Positions 24,629 through 36,069 of a DNA stretch of 64,000 bases are shown here, piece after piece. The position numbers were made by a program, and so were the translations under genes. Where the stretch lies: assembly GCA_963805855.1 (NCBI GenBank), contig CAWDVW010000007.1, forward strand, positions 64,001-128,000, given 5' to 3'. Within the stretch, counting starts at the first letter, position 1; the number at the start of each line of letters is the position of its first letter. Under the pieces are notes generated by a model. The model did no database searches, had not been told where the DNA came from, and saw only the letters and a program-made list of their open reading frames with translations. The stretch is from Candidatus Dadabacteria bacterium (GTDB lineage Bacteria; Desulfobacterota_D; UBA1144; Nemesobacterales; CSP1-2).

Positions 24629-27358
24629 TTATAGAGCCTTCCTGAGATATCTGCCTGTGTATGATTCTTTTACTCTAGAAATTTCTTCCGGCGTGCCTTC
24701 TGCGACTATGTAGCCTCCCTCTTCGCCGCCTTCTGGTCCGAGGTCTATCACATGGTCAGCGGATTTAATAACATCAAGGTTGTGCTCAATAACTATTACT
24801 GTGTTACCCGTGTCCACAAGCTTATTCAAAACCTTCAGGAGCTTTTTTATATCATCGGTGTGTAATCCTACTGTTGGTTCATCCAGTATATAAATGATGC
24901 CTTTTCCACTCTTTCTGCCGAGTTCCCTCGCTATCTTTATCCTCTGCGCCTCTCCTCCGGAGAGTGTGGGCGCAGGCTGTCCAAGCTTTAGGTACCCGAG
25001 GCCAACATCCTGAAGGATCTTTAGTTTTCTGAGAAGTGCCGGCACGCCGGTGAAGAAACTTATAGAGTGGTCGATTGTCATGTCGAGGACCTGATCAATG
25101 TTCATGGATTTATACATTACCTCCAGCACTTCCTTCCTGAATCTCTTTCCATTACATTCCTCACAGGTTACATAGACATCCGCCAAAAAGTGCATCTCGA
25201 CCCTTTGTCGTCCCTCTCCCTCACATTTTTCGCACCGCCCTCCAGAAACATTAAATGAAAAGTACGACGGGGAGAATCTTTTTCTTCTCGCATCCCACGT
25301 GTTTGCCATGATATTTCTTATTTCATCGTATGCCTTAATGTAGGTGGCAGGATTTGACCTCGAGCTTTTGCCAATTGGCGATTGATCAAGCATTACGACG
25401 TTTGATATATATGAGATGCCTTTAATCTCTTTAAATCTGCCAATCTTCTCAATTTCCCCATTGAATTTTCTGGCAAGTGCGGAGTAGAGAACATCATTTA
25501 TAAGCGAACTCTTTCCAGAGCCTGAAACGCCGGTTACGCAAATCATAGTCCCGAGCGGGAAAGAAACTGTTAGATCCTTCAGGTTATTCTCAGACGCGCC
25601 AATCACAGTTAATTGTTTGGCGCCGGTTTTTCTCCTTTTTCCAGGCACAGGAATGGATAATTCATTTTGCATGTACAGTTTCGTAATGGAGTTATTGGAT
25701 TTATTGAGAAACTCTTCCAGAGAACCAGTACCTACGATTGTACCTCCATCTTTTCCCGATAAGGGACCAAGCTCAATGATGTAATCAGCAGACCTTATCA
25801 TCTCAAAATCATGTTCCACCACAACAACCGTATTGTCTCGATCCCTTAACTCCCTGATTATTGAAATCAGTCGGTTGATGTCTCTCGGGTGAAGACCTAT
25901 GGACGGTTCGTCCATTATATACAGGGTTTCCGTAAGGCTTGACCCCAGCTGGCAAGCGAGACTGACCCTTTGCGCTTCACCGCCGGAAAGCGTTTTGGTC
26001 ATTCTGGATAACGTTATATACTCCAGCCCGACTTTGATTAGAAAATCAATTCTCGATCTTATTTGTTTTAGTATTTCATCTGAGATATGCTGCTCATATT
26101 CTGTGAGTTTAATGCTGTCAAAGAAAGATTTCAGTTGTTTTATGGGCAGATCTGTAAGGTCTGAAATGGTTTTGCCGGTTATTCTTACCGACATTGCTTC
26201 TTTCTTCAGCCTACTACCGTTGCAGCTATTGCAGTTAAAGGCAGATCTATATTTGCTCAGAAATACTCTCACATGGAGCTTGTAGTTTTTCTCTTCCAGC
26301 CTTCGAAAGTATCCGAATATGCCAGGGAAGTAGCCGTTCCCGTTAAATAGTAGTTCTTTCCCCGAATTGGATATTTTTTTGTAGGGTGCGTTTATATCAA
26401 TCCCATTTTCCCTGGCAAATTGCAATAACTTTCTCATACGATTCTGAAATGAAGGTTTTGTAAACGGCTCGATGGCCCCTTCTGCAAGGCTCCTTTCAGG
26501 ATCTGGAACAACGAGATCTGGATCAACCTGAAGTATGTTTCCAAATCCCCTACACTCGGAGCAGGCTCCTTGAGGACTGTTAAATGAGAAGAGCAGGGGG
26601 GTTGGATCGTTAAAACGAATTTTACAGTAAGGGCATTCGAGTCCTTTTGAGTATTTCAGAGCATCACCGTTGAGTATATTGATGTTGACATTCTTATTTT
26701 CACGAAGTGCTAGCTCAAGTGAGTCTATAATCCTGGATCTGTATTCTTCTCTCATCTCTACTCTATCTACAACTATTTCCGATTCGTCAGGTATTATTTT
26801 TAGGTTCTCAACGTCAAATATTTCCCCATCGTGAGCTATCCTGATAAAGCCCTTCATGAGTAGATCGCCAGGAGTGAAATCAATCTTTCCTCCCAGCGGA
26901 AGTGTTATCGTGGCTCTTTTGCCTTCGTATTTTTCAAGAAGTTCACCTACTATTGCTTGTGGAGAATGATCCTTTACCTCTCTCCCGCAATCAGGGCAGT
27001 AGATCTTTCCAATCTTTGCGAAGAGGAGTCTGAGGTAGTCGTAGATTTCAGTCGTTGTACCCACAGTGGAGCGCGAGCTTTTGATCTGGTTCCTACTCTC
27101 AATCGCAATTGACGGAGGAAGTCCCCTGATGTCGTCCATATCTGGCCTGTCGACTCGCTCGAGGAATTGCCTGGCATAGGTGGATAGACATTCAACGTAT
27201 CTTCTGAGGCCCTCGGCATAGATCGTATCGAGTGCCAAAGATGACTTTCCCGAGCCGCTTAGACCTGTAATCACGGTGTAGCTATGCCAGGGGATTGACA
27301 CATTGATATCTTTTAGATTATTTTCCCTTGCTCCGATAACAGTGATCTCGCCTTTCAT
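24629..27358 (-). CDS. uvrA: Excinuclease ABC subunit A (UvrA family)
   Basis: GARENNLK, TGLSGSGKSS, LSGGEAQR (twice), GVSGSGKSS, CxxC Zn modules, LDEPT. Confidence 0.92.
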   Translation of the reverse strand: MKGEITVIGARENNLKDINVSIPWHSYTVITGLSGSGKSSLALDTIYAEGLRRYVECLSTYARQFLERVDRPDMDDIRGLPPSIAIESRNQIKSSRSTVGTTTEIYDYLRLLFAKIGKIYCPDCGREVKDHSPQAIVGELLEKYEGKRATITLPLGGKIDFTPGDLLMKGFIRIAHDGEIFDVENLKIIPDESEIVVDRVEMREEYRSRIIDSLELALRENKNVNINILNGDALKYSKGLECPYCKIRFNDPTPLLFSFNSPQGACSECRGFGNILQVDPDLVVPDPERSLAEGAIEPFTKPSFQNRMRKLLQFARENGIDINAPYKKISNSGKELLFNGNGYFPGIFGYFRRLEEKNYKLHVRVFLSKYRSAFNCNSCNGSRLKKEAMSVRITGKTISDLTDLPIKQLKSFFDSIKLTEYEQHISDEILKQIRSRIDFLIKVGLEYITLSRMTKTLSGGEAQRVSLACQLGSSLTETLYIMDEPSIGLHPRDINRLISIIRELRDRDNTVVVVEHDFEMIRSADYIIELGPLSGKDGGTIVGTGSLEEFLNKSNNSITKLYMQNELSIPVPGKRRKTGAKQLTVIGASENNLKDLTVSFPLGTMICVTGVSGSGKSSLINDVLYSALARKFNGEIEKIGRFKEIKGISYISNVVMLDQSPIGKSSRSNPATYIKAYDEIRNIMANTWDARRKRFSPSYFSFNVSGGRCEKCEGEGRQRVEMHFLADVYVTCEECNGKRFRKEVLEVMYKSMNIDQVLDMTIDHSISFFTGVPALLRKLKILQDVGLGYLKLGQPAPTLSGGEAQRIKIARELGRKSGKGIIYILDEPTVGLHTDDIKKLLKVLNKLVDTGNTVIVIEHNLDVIKSADHVIDLGPEGGEEGGYIVAEGTPEEISRVKESYTGRYLRKAL

Positions 27359-27375
27359 AATACGGTTGTTGACAC

Positions 27376-27420
27376 GATGCAGGATTCACGATGCAGGATG
27401 CAGGATACATGATCCACGAT
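27376..27420. repeat. Heptamer tandem repeat (GATNCAN)x6
   Basis: gatgcag gattcac gatgcag gatgcag gatacat gatccac. Confidence 0.8.
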
Positions 27421-27508
27421 GTACGTTAAGTCATGAACCCTTAAGCCTGGTTATTGAACAGTCAAAGTTGTATGCAATATTTCTCAGATCCGGGGAATTG
27501 CTGAGCAT

Positions 27509-28225
27509 TTAAGCCTGTAGTTGCGCTATGATTTCTGATAGGCTTTTGACCTCTAATATCTGAGTGCCGTCTAGCCTCTGGATCCGTCTTTTGTTTAACC
27601 ATATTACATCCAATCCGGCATTTAGTCCTCCAAGCACGTCTGAGCCGTATAAATCACCGATATGCAGCGCCTCCGATGATGAGATATTCAGCTTTTCGAG
27701 TACAAATTGAAAAATACGTGAATCAGGTTTAACAAAACCGAGATTTGTGGAGTCTGCTATTATATCGAAATAGTTCTTTATCCCCACTTCTTCGCATTTC
27801 TCTTGAGTTGTCCCGTCATTATTGGAGATAACACCAAGGATCAATCCCCTATCTTTTAGTAGCTCAATTAGTTCAATAGCCCCCGGAAGGGCAGACCTTG
27901 TATAGTCTATCCCTCTCAGGGCCGTCCTTATTCTCTCCCGAATGATTCTACTCTCCCCTTCGAGCGACAGGTGTTTGCATAGTTTAGGGAAAAACCATTC
28001 TCTGTATTCCAGAGGAGAGATTGTCCCTCTTTCCATATACTTTTTCTGTACTTCGTAATCGGTTTTCAGATATGCACTCTCGAAATCATCATCCGAAACA
28101 TGGTATCCACAATCTCTGAACGCCAAGGCGAGCCTGATCAAGTAAGGAGGATTTGTTGAGGCTAATGTGTCTCCAAAGTCAAAGAAAATCGCCTTCTTGA
28201 GATTTGATTGAATCGTTTTGAACAT
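27509..28225 (-). CDS. HAD-family hydrolase
   Basis: FFDFGDTL, VISN, KPDSRIF, HIGDLYGSDVLGG. Confidence 0.88.
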   Translation of the reverse strand: MFKTIQSNLKKAIFFDFGDTLASTNPPYLIRLALAFRDCGYHVSDDDFESAYLKTDYEVQKKYMERGTISPLEYREWFFPKLCKHLSLEGESRIIRERIRTALRGIDYTRSALPGAIELIELLKDRGLILGVISNNDGTTQEKCEEVGIKNYFDIIADSTNLGFVKPDSRIFQFVLEKLNISSSEALHIGDLYGSDVLGGLNAGLDVIWLNKRRIQRLDGTQILEVKSLSEIIAQLQA

Positions 28226-28329
28226 TTAAGTTTGTTACATTATTGATACATGTTTTTATTATTTTTACCAGCTTGAATAAGATTGTAAATTGATATACCA
28301 TGTACTGGAACTGTTGGAGAAAGATTTAA

Positions 28330-29607
28330 ATGTTACACCTAAAAATCGTAGATCCGGAAATCGCTGATGCAATCCAGCGTGAAATTGAACGTCAAGAATG
28401 GAAACTGGAGCTTATTGCTTCTGAAAACTATGTTAGCGATGCGGTGCTGGAGGCGATGGGGTCTGTTCTTACAAACAAGTATGCCGAGGGCCTTCCCGGA
28501 AAGAGATATTACGGCGGCTGCGAGTACGTTGATGTTGCCGAATCGCTGGCTATAGAGCGGGCAAAGAAGCTCTTTGGAGCCGATGCGGTGAATGTGCAAC
28601 CCCATTCTGGTGCCCAGGCAAATATGGCCGTCTATTTTGCTGCCTTAGAGCCTGGCGACACTATCCTTGGAATGAATTTATCGCATGGTGGCCACCTAAC
28701 GCACGGGAGCCCGGTGAATTTCTCTGGCAGGCTTTATAATGCAATCCCTTATGGTGTTAGGGAAGATAACAATCTAATAGACTATGATGAGGTAAGGGAT
28801 CTAGCCATCAAAAACAAGCCAAAGCTTATCATAGCCGGTTGGAGTGCCTATCCTAGGGATGTCGATTTCAAGAGGTTTCGCGAAATAGCAGATGAGTGCG
28901 GGTCATTACTTTTGGCTGATATAGCTCATCCCGCAGGCCTCGTAGTTGCGGGACTCTACTCAAGTCCGATTCCACATTGCGATTTCGTTACGACTACCAC
29001 GCATAAAACACTTAGAGGGCCGAGGGGTGGGATGGTTATGATGAAAAAGGAGCACGAAAAAGTCATAAACAGCCGGGTTTTTCCAGGAACACAGGGTGGT
29101 CCATTGATGCATATCATAGCGGCAAAAGCGGTGGCTTTCAAAGAAGCGCTGCGACCAGAGTTTATTGACTATCAAAAGCAAGTCGTTAAAAATGCGAAGA
29201 AATTGGGTGAATGCCTGTCGAGGGATGGGTTCAGATTGGTTTCTGGCGGCACAGACACGCACCTTGTGCTGGTAGATCTGAGGGAAACTGAGCTGACAGG
29301 TAAATTGGCTGAGGAAACCCTAGAATCTGCCGGTATAACGGTAAATAAAAATGCTGTGCCGTTTGATCCGAGGCCACCTGCAATTTCCAGCGGAATCCGG
29401 ATTGGCACACCCGCCGTGACCACGAGGGGTATGAAGGAGGGTGAGATGGAAGTTATCGCAGGATTGATAAAAGAGGCTCTAAATAATACGGGTAATGCGA
29501 GAGTGTTAACAAGAATTGAGGGGCGCGTGAAGGAGCTTTGTAGTGATTTCCCAATATATAGACATAAACTGAATGAAATGCCCTTACTGCACAGGTCAAA
29601 GAAATAA
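28330..29607 (+). CDS. glyA: Serine hydroxymethyltransferase
   Basis: [49 protein letters not shown]. Confidence 0.98.
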   Translation: MLHLKIVDPEIADAIQREIERQEWKLELIASENYVSDAVLEAMGSVLTNKYAEGLPGKRYYGGCEYVDVAESLAIERAKKLFGADAVNVQPHSGAQANMAVYFAALEPGDTILGMNLSHGGHLTHGSPVNFSGRLYNAIPYGVREDNNLIDYDEVRDLAIKNKPKLIIAGWSAYPRDVDFKRFREIADECGSLLLADIAHPAGLVVAGLYSSPIPHCDFVTTTTHKTLRGPRGGMVMMKKEHEKVINSRVFPGTQGGPLMHIIAAKAVAFKEALRPEFIDYQKQVVKNAKKLGECLSRDGFRLVSGGTDTHLVLVDLRETELTGKLAEETLESAGITVNKNAVPFDPRPPAISSGIRIGTPAVTTRGMKEGEMEVIAGLIKEALNNTGNARVLTRIEGRVKELCSDFPIYRHKLNEMPLLHRSKK

Positions 29608-30118
29608 GGTTATAGACTCTCGATTAAACAGGGAAGGTGGGTCTATAAGGAGACGCAGGGAATGCCTTGATTGCGGGAGGCGCTTTACTACCTATGAGAA
29701 GGTAGAAGACTTCAGCCTGATGGTAATAAAGAAAGATGGCAGTAGGGAATCATTCGATAAGAATAAGATTACGATGGGGATGATCAAGGCATGTGAAAAG
29801 AGACCGATAAGTATTAATGTCATTGAGGATTTCATATCCGAGTTAGAACGGGAGCTTCACGAAAGGGGAGAAAGAGAAGTGGAAAGCCAGGAGATTGGAG
29901 AGAGGGTAATAAAGAAACTTTATGAGATTGATGAAGTCGCATACGTAAGATTTGCCTCAGTTTACAGATCATTTAAAGATGTGAACCAATTTATGGATGA
30001 GTTACGGGATCTTCTTAAAGACAAGGAGAGAGCGACGGACGATCAAAAGTTAGGCACAGAGAAAGGAAAGACTTCAAAACCCACTCTCGAGCTTTTGAAG
30101 ACAGAGGATGACAAATAG
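29573..30118 (+). CDS. nrdR: Transcriptional repressor NrdR
   Basis: MKCPYC...VIDSR...[21 protein letters not shown] cone, [10 protein letters not shown]. Confidence 0.97.
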   Translation: MKCPYCTGQRNKVIDSRLNREGGSIRRRRECLDCGRRFTTYEKVEDFSLMVIKKDGSRESFDKNKITMGMIKACEKRPISINVIEDFISELERELHERGEREVESQEIGERVIKKLYEIDEVAYVRFASVYRSFKDVNQFMDELRDLLKDKERATDDQKLGTEKGKTSKPTLELLKTEDDK

Positions 30119-30887
30119 GGCTGTTTTAGTCGATACCCATGCCCATCTGGAAGTCGTTGAGTCTATTTCAGAGGTTATAGATAGGGCATTTGAAAATGGT
30201 GTCGAAACTGTGGTTGCCGTTTCCTCAGACCTGGATTCCTCGAGACGAACCATCGAAATTTCTCATTCCTTCCAAACAGTTTATTCTGCAGTTGGGATCC
30301 ACCCGCATGAGGCTTCGAGTTTTAACGAGAGTGCGCTTGCTCAATTGGCGAGTTTCGTCAGTGAAAAAAGGGTCAGGGCTATAGGAGAGACCGGACTTGA
30401 TTACCATTACTCGCATTCAAACCGGGAATCCCAGATTATGTCTTTCACTAATCAGATAGGGCTATCAATACAATCCGATCTGCCTTTGATTATACATATC
30501 AGGGAAGCCTTCTCGGATGTCTTAAATATCCTACGTAGGCCAGATTTTTCAAATGCCCGGGGGGTTATTCATTGTTTTACGGGTGATTATGAGACTGCGA
30601 AAGGGTTTATCGACCTCGGATTTTTTATTTCATTTTCCGGAATTGTTACTTTTAAGAATGCGGAAAATGTGCGAGATGCAGCAAAAAGGATTCCCCTTGA
30701 TAGAATGCTGATTGAAACCGACTCACCGTACCTGGCTCCTGTTCCTTTCAGGGGTAAGCGAAATGAACCTGCCTATGTCATACATGTCGCTCAAAAAATA
30801 GCTGAATTAAGAGGGACCTCATACGAGAAGATAGCCGAGATAACAACTATTAACGCGAAAGAGCTCTTTAGGCTCGATGACAAGTAG
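30108..30887 (+). CDS. TatD-family hydrolase
   Basis: [37 protein letters not shown]. Confidence 0.93.
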   Translation: MTNRAVLVDTHAHLEVVESISEVIDRAFENGVETVVAVSSDLDSSRRTIEISHSFQTVYSAVGIHPHEASSFNESALAQLASFVSEKRVRAIGETGLDYHYSHSNRESQIMSFTNQIGLSIQSDLPLIIHIREAFSDVLNILRRPDFSNARGVIHCFTGDYETAKGFIDLGFFISFSGIVTFKNAENVRDAAKRIPLDRMLIETDSPYLAPVPFRGKRNEPAYVIHVAQKIAELRGTSYEKIAEITTINAKELFRLDDK

Positions 30888-31020
30888 ACATCGGAATAAT
30901 GATCTGGCAGATAAGAGTAGGCCATATTCAATCACCATGTATCGTCGGACTAATGGGTGTTCGTTGCCAAATTTGAAGCCCAGTTGAGATTTATCTTCAG
31001 AGTAATAAACTTCTAGTAAC

Positions 31021-32022
31021 ATGCAGAAAAAAAGAGTCACTGGATCAGGTGGTAAGACGACAATTGGAATCACCATGGGTGATCCATTTGGCATAGGTCC
31101 AGAAATAATTTTAAAGGCTCTCTTTTGTAGCGAGATTCAAAGCATTTGTTCGTTCGTCATTTACGGTGATGCGGAGATATTAAATGAGGCAAAAAAGCTA
31201 ACCGGAATAAAAAATGAATTGAAAATTATAAGCGTTACCAATTTAGACAAAAATGATCTGAGCATTGGAAGCCCAAGCGCAGAGGGAGGCCGAGCCAGTA
31301 TTTTATACATAAGAGAGGCTGTTAAGCATGCATTGGAAGGGACAATAGATGCGATCGTGACTGCACCTATAAGTAAGGAGTCTATTCACCTTGCGGGTTC
31401 GACTTATCCTGGACATACGGAAATGCTAAAAGACCTTACAGGTGCTCGTAATGTGGCGATGTTGTTTGAAGGAGGAGAATTTCGTGTGGTGCTGGTTACG
31501 ATACATTGTGCATTGTCGGAGGTTCCGGCATTGATTACACAGGATCGGGTGTTCAATGCAATTGAATTGACTCATAATTCTTTGGTTGAGTTATTCAATA
31601 TACGGAGTCCCAAAATCGTTGTCTGCGGCTTGAATCCACACGCTGGCGAGTCGGGCATCTTTGGGAATGAGGAAACGGAACATATAATACCTGCTGTAAG
31701 AAGGGCGACGGACTTCGGAATAGATGTAACGGGACCACTACCCGCGGACACTATTTTTTATAGGGCACGGAAGGGAATTTGGGACGCGGTCATCTCCATG
31801 TACCATGACCAGGGTTTGATACCCTTCAAGATGCTTTCGTTCGACGAGGGTGTAAATGTGACACTGGGTCTTCCGATAATAAGGACTTCGCCGGACCATG
31901 GAACGGCTTTTGACATTGCGTGGGAGGGGAAAGCCAACCCTTCGAGCATGATAGCGGCAATCAAGGTTGCTGCGAGGCTCGCTGGAAATAGGGTCTCGAA
32001 TGGCAAATCTTGGAAAGATTAA
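31021..32022 (+). CDS. pdxA: 4-hydroxythreonine-4-phosphate dehydrogenase
   Basis: MGDPFGIGPEI, TAPISK, GHTE, GLNPHAGE, MYHDQG, RTSPDHGTAFDIA. Confidence 0.95.
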   Translation: MQKKRVTGSGGKTTIGITMGDPFGIGPEIILKALFCSEIQSICSFVIYGDAEILNEAKKLTGIKNELKIISVTNLDKNDLSIGSPSAEGGRASILYIREAVKHALEGTIDAIVTAPISKESIHLAGSTYPGHTEMLKDLTGARNVAMLFEGGEFRVVLVTIHCALSEVPALITQDRVFNAIELTHNSLVELFNIRSPKIVVCGLNPHAGESGIFGNEETEHIIPAVRRATDFGIDVTGPLPADTIFYRARKGIWDAVISMYHDQGLIPFKMLSFDEGVNVTLGLPIIRTSPDHGTAFDIAWEGKANPSSMIAAIKVAARLAGNRVSNGKSWKD

Positions 32023-32762
32023 TTGACGTGTTTTTTCTTGCTGTATAAAAGTGGTAGGATCTCCCCGGATTTTCCGAAGATGCTCAGGTCGTATAGCCCT
32101 GAATTGGGAGTGTGTTCTAAGTTGATTTCTATTACGGGCTTACCGGCCTGCTTTGCGATAAGGCCAAGAGACGCTGCGGGTTCCACTACACCGGACGTAC
32201 CAACTATCAGCATCACATCACATTTTTCGATAGCAATTAGAGCACTGTCGATAATTGTTATTGGTATAATTTCTCCGAACCAGACAATATTCGGTCGCCC
32301 AATCGACTGGCATTGCCCACACATTGGGGGTAATTCTCTAAAAGGCACTTCGTGGTTCTGTTCGATTTCACCACACTTTGTGCACCTTACCTGCCAGAGA
32401 TTCCCATGCATCTCGATAATATTACGGCTACCGGCTAGTTGGTGCAACCCATCGATGTTTTGAGTTATGAGCGTAAAAGTTAGTATTTGGTTTTCGAGTT
32501 CGGCGAGTGCATAATGACCTGGATTAGGCTTGGCATTTCTTACTATCTTTCTTCTCCACTCATACCATTCCCAAACGAGTTTTGGGTCCTTCGAGAAGGC
32601 CTCTGGTGTGGCAAGGTCTTCCGAACGGAAATTTCTCCAAAGTCCGTTTTCCCCCCTAAATGTGGGTATTCCGCTCTCTGCAGAGATTCCCGCACCCGTA
32701 AGCACAGTTACATTTGTTGAGTTGTCGAGCAGCCTTTTCGCCTCTAGAATCTCTTTTTCCAT
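32019..32762 (-). CDS. cobB: NAD-dependent protein deacylase (class III sirtuin)
   Basis: TGAGISAESGIPTFRG, WYEWR (YxxR), TQNIDGLH, HG, CxxC...CxxC, GTSG. Confidence 0.92.
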   Translation of the reverse strand: MEKEILEAKRLLDNSTNVTVLTGAGISAESGIPTFRGENGLWRNFRSEDLATPEAFSKDPKLVWEWYEWRRKIVRNAKPNPGHYALAELENQILTFTLITQNIDGLHQLAGSRNIIEMHGNLWQVRCTKCGEIEQNHEVPFRELPPMCGQCQSIGRPNIVWFGEIIPITIIDSALIAIEKCDVMLIVGTSGVVEPAASLGLIAKQAGKPVIEINLEHTPNSGLYDLSIFGKSGEILPLLYSKKKHVN

Positions 32763-33019
32763 ATTCAAATGGTAGGTCTACATAACTACTTTAATATAAT
32801 TTATATTAATTATACAAATAATCAATTTGACGGGTTACCTATCTAATCGTCGGGGTAATAGATGAGAAATAATGCTTGCCTCAGGTCTGTGGTTGTGTTG
32901 ATCGCATTGCTGACAATTCCCTGCGCAATAATAAATATGTTTGCTATGTTATAACACAATGTCAGCTTATACGATTCCAATGTGGTTGATATTTTAGAGA
33001 TTCACCTGTTTTGAGATTC

Positions 33020-33047
33020 TTGACAATTCACCCTTAGTACTTAACCT
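33020..33047 (+). promoter_or_regulatory. Putative sigma70 promoter of nuoA
   Basis: TTGACA-16 bp-TAACCT, 6 nt before the GTG start. Confidence 0.55.
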
Positions 33048-33053
33048 TATTTC

Positions 33054-33410
33054 GTGCTGTCTGATTATATACCAATTTTGATTATTCTGTTTCTATCGAC
33101 ACTTCTTGCTGCCATACTTCTTGGTATTTCATATATTCTGGGACCAAGAAGATATGTGGGACGAAAGCTAAGCCCATATGAATGTGGTGTTCCCCCAACT
33201 GGTGATGCCAGGCAGAGGTTTCCGTCAAAATACTACTTGATTGCTGCATTATTCATACTGTTTGATGTAGAGTCTGTTTTTCTGTTTGCGTGGGCGGTGG
33301 TCTTCAAGGAATTGGGTGTTCTTGCCTTTGTAGAAATAATTGTCTTTTTCTTAATAATAATTGGTGGTTATTTTTATGTGTTGAAGTCGGGGGCGCTCGA
33401 ATGGGAGTAA
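33054..33410 (+). CDS. nuoA: NADH-quinone oxidoreductase subunit A
   Basis: [28 protein letters not shown]. Confidence 0.95.
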   Translation: MLSDYIPILIILFLSTLLAAILLGISYILGPRRYVGRKLSPYECGVPPTGDARQRFPSKYYLIAALFILFDVESVFLFAWAVVFKELGVLAFVEIIVFFLIIIGGYFYVLKSGALEWE

Positions 33411-33886
33411 ATATGAATCCGCTCCTTGGGGGAGACGGCTTTATAACTACAAAAGTCAGCTCGTTCGCAAACTGGGCCAGGAAGAATAGTCTATGGCCCA
33501 TGCCTTTTGGTACAGCTTGTTGTGCGATAGAGATGATGGGGGTATTTGCTTCACGCTTTGACCTATCAAGATTCGGTGCTGAAGTGGCCAGATTTTCTCC
33601 ACGGCAGGCTGACCTGATGATAGTGTCCGGTACCATCACGTATAAAATGGCTTCGATCTGCCGAAGGATCTATGAGCAGATGCCGGAACCTAAGTGGGTA
33701 ATTGCAATGGGGTCATGCACGTGTGGCGGTGGGCCTTTTGACAGCTATGCGGTTGTTCAGGGAATAGACGAGTTCCTTCCTGTCGATGTTTATGTGGGAG
33801 GTTGCCCGCCTAGACCAGAGGCACTGATTGATGCCGTCATGAAGATTCAGAAGAAGATAGACATTGAGGGAGCGCCACTTGTATGA
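33401..33886 (+). CDS. nuoB: NADH-quinone oxidoreductase subunit B
   Basis: [41 protein letters not shown]. Confidence 0.96.
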   Translation: MGVNMNPLLGGDGFITTKVSSFANWARKNSLWPMPFGTACCAIEMMGVFASRFDLSRFGAEVARFSPRQADLMIVSGTITYKMASICRRIYEQMPEPKWVIAMGSCTCGGGPFDSYAVVQGIDEFLPVDVYVGGCPPRPEALIDAVMKIQKKIDIEGAPLV

Positions 33887-34398
33887 GTTCAAGTTTGCCT
33901 GAAATCATACAGTCTCTACAGAAAAGGTTCCCGGCAGCAGTGCTCGACACGAAGCTATTTAGGGGTGAAACCACCCTTATCATTAAAAGAGAAAATATCC
34001 GGGAAGTTTGCAGACATCTTAAATCTGATTTAGGTTTTTTGTTTCTGGTAGATATAACCGCTGTGGATTATTTGGGAATAAAAGCCCCTCGCTATGAAGT
34101 AATCTATCATGTTCACAGGTTTGGCTCCGATTTTGACGAGAATTTGAGGTTAAGATTGAAAGTAGAAATTCCCGAGGATGATGCAACTGTTGATTCTGTT
34201 ACACCGGCTTGGAGTGGGGCTGACTGGCTCGAAAGAGAGGCGTACGACATGTTCGGAATAGAATTTTTGGGCCACCCCGATCCGAGAAGAATTCTGATGC
34301 CAGAAGATTTTGAGCCTTTCCCTTTGCGAAAGGACTTTGATGTTAGAAATAGAGAACCGTCAAAGAAGAGTTTTGAGCGAGCCCTCGACGAAGGGTGA
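33883..34398 (+). CDS. nuoC: NADH-quinone oxidoreductase subunit C
   Basis: [41 protein letters not shown]. Confidence 0.95.
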   Translation: MSSSLPEIIQSLQKRFPAAVLDTKLFRGETTLIIKRENIREVCRHLKSDLGFLFLVDITAVDYLGIKAPRYEVIYHVHRFGSDFDENLRLRLKVEIPEDDATVDSVTPAWSGADWLEREAYDMFGIEFLGHPDPRRILMPEDFEPFPLRKDFDVRNREPSKKSFERALDEG

Positions 34399-34453
34399 TT
34401 TGAAGAGAATCTATTTAACAATACCGGCTAATTTTCAAGTCATTTGCCAATCG

Positions 34454-35677
34454 ATGGAAAGAATAGAGTTATTATCTGTACCGTCCGATATTGAAGGGAA
34501 AGAACGAACTGAAACCCTCATGCTTAATATGGGGCCACAGCACCCGTCCACCCATGGTGTGCTGAGGGTAGTTCTGAGTCTGGATGGAGAAACTGTAGTA
34601 AAAGCGGTTCCATACATCGGTTATCTTCACAGGGGCATCGAAAAGCTCTGTGAGCATATAACTTACCAGCAGTGTCTTCCATATACTGATAGGATGGATT
34701 ATCTTGCTTCTATCTGCAATAACATAGGCTTTATACTGACGATTGAAAAGCTGTTGGGTATCGAGGATGCAATACCGGAAAGGGCCAAGGTTGCCGAGGT
34801 CATACTATTCGAATTGGGAAGAATAGAATCTCACCTGGTCGGAATAGGCACAAATGCAATGGATCTTGGTGCAGTCAGCGCTTTCCTGTATTGCTTCAAG
34901 GAGAGAGAGAGGATTTACGATATCCTGGAGATGGTTTGTGGCGCCAGAATGACTACCTCGTATCCAAGGGTAGGTGGCTTGCCCCATGACCTCCCTGAGA
35001 ATTTTGAAGATGCAATAAGAAATTTCCTGAATATTTTTCCTAAGACCCTGAAAGAAGTTGATAAGCTTTTAACAAGAAACAAGATCTGGATCAGAAGAAC
35101 AAAAGGGGTTGCATACATAAGTGCGGATGACGCCATTGATCTTGGACTCACTGGACCTGCACTCAGAGGGAGTGGAGTTCCGTATGACGTGAGAAAGGCG
35201 GTACCTTACCTTGGATATCAGAACTACGATTTTGAAATCCCTGTTGCGACTGATGGGGATGCATTCTCTCGGTATCTATGTAGATTAGAGGAAATGCATC
35301 AGAGTCTTAAGATAATTGAACAGGCGATAAACAATCTGCCCGACGGACCCTTCATTGCCGACTTGCCTGAAATTGTCCTCCCTCCAAAGGATCTTGTATA
35401 TTCAAGAATGGAATCACTTATAAGGCATTTTGTAATCGTCTATGAAGGATTTAAGACACCGCCCGGTGAGGTTTATCATTCCGTAGAAAATCCGAAGGGT
35501 GAGCTGGGGTATTATATCGTCAGCAACGGTTCCGGTAAACCTTACAGGATGCGTGTAAGGGGGCCTTCTTTCGTAAATTTGCAGGCCCTGCCTAAAATGG
35601 TTGAGGGTAGTTTGTTGGCCGATGTTGTCGCGGCAATCGGCAGCATTGATATCGTGCTGGGTGAAGTAGATAGATAG
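34454..35677 (+). CDS. nuoD: NADH-quinone oxidoreductase subunit D
   Basis: NMGPQHPSTHGVLR, GYLHRGIEK, DRMDY, ENPKGELG, SIDIVLGEVDR; start moved to MERIELL. Confidence 0.96.
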   Translation: MERIELLSVPSDIEGKERTETLMLNMGPQHPSTHGVLRVVLSLDGETVVKAVPYIGYLHRGIEKLCEHITYQQCLPYTDRMDYLASICNNIGFILTIEKLLGIEDAIPERAKVAEVILFELGRIESHLVGIGTNAMDLGAVSAFLYCFKERERIYDILEMVCGARMTTSYPRVGGLPHDLPENFEDAIRNFLNIFPKTLKEVDKLLTRNKIWIRRTKGVAYISADDAIDLGLTGPALRGSGVPYDVRKAVPYLGYQNYDFEIPVATDGDAFSRYLCRLEEMHQSLKIIEQAINNLPDGPFIADLPEIVLPPKDLVYSRMESLIRHFVIVYEGFKTPPGEVYHSVENPKGELGYYIVSNGSGKPYRMRVRGPSFVNLQALPKMVEGSLLADVVAAIGSIDIVLGEVDR

Positions 35678-35698
35678 GGGCAGTCCTTGAATATGTGC

Positions 35699-36037
35699 TT
35701 ATGGTGAAGACCAACATGTCATAGCAATTTGTTGCCAATTGCCATTATGTACATGGACACAAAAACTCTGATCTAATATGTTTTTCCCTTCAAAAATGAC
35801 GTCGAGTGCGATATCTTTTGCCCTTGACTCGTTAGCCTGGTCAGCTTCGACCCAGACGTCCATCGGGGACTGCCATTTTGCTGAGATGACTCCGGGTATT
35901 TCACTCGGGAGCGACTGGGCAAAATTTATCTGATTATCTGTAACAGTAAACCCTTCTATGGGTTGACCATAGCCCAATTGGCTGTACAGGAAAATTAAGG
36001 TCGATAAAGCAATGGCACCTAAAGATTGTAATCTCAT
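35699..36037 (-). CDS. Small secreted hypothetical protein
   Basis: SD ggag, N-terminal signal peptide, two Cys near the C-terminus; follows lolA. Confidence 0.6.
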   Translation of the reverse strand: MRLQSLGAIALSTLIFLYSQLGYGQPIEGFTVTDNQINFAQSLPSEIPGVISAKWQSPMDVWVEADQANESRAKDIALDVIFEGKNILDQSFCVHVHNGNWQQIAMTCWSSP

Positions 36038-36069
36038 TCACTGTTTCTCCCATTGTTCATGCAATTTAA

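Noticed and set aside
32019-32762. Sirtuin as a Thoeris/DSR-type defence NADase
   Set aside because: Canonical CobB deacylase motifs with Zn ribbon, in a housekeeping context
33290-33400. Long N-terminal extensions in the ORF track (nuoB, also nuoD, asd, surE, transposase)
   Set aside because: They overlap upstream genes or repeats; family-conserved N-termini begin at downstream starts
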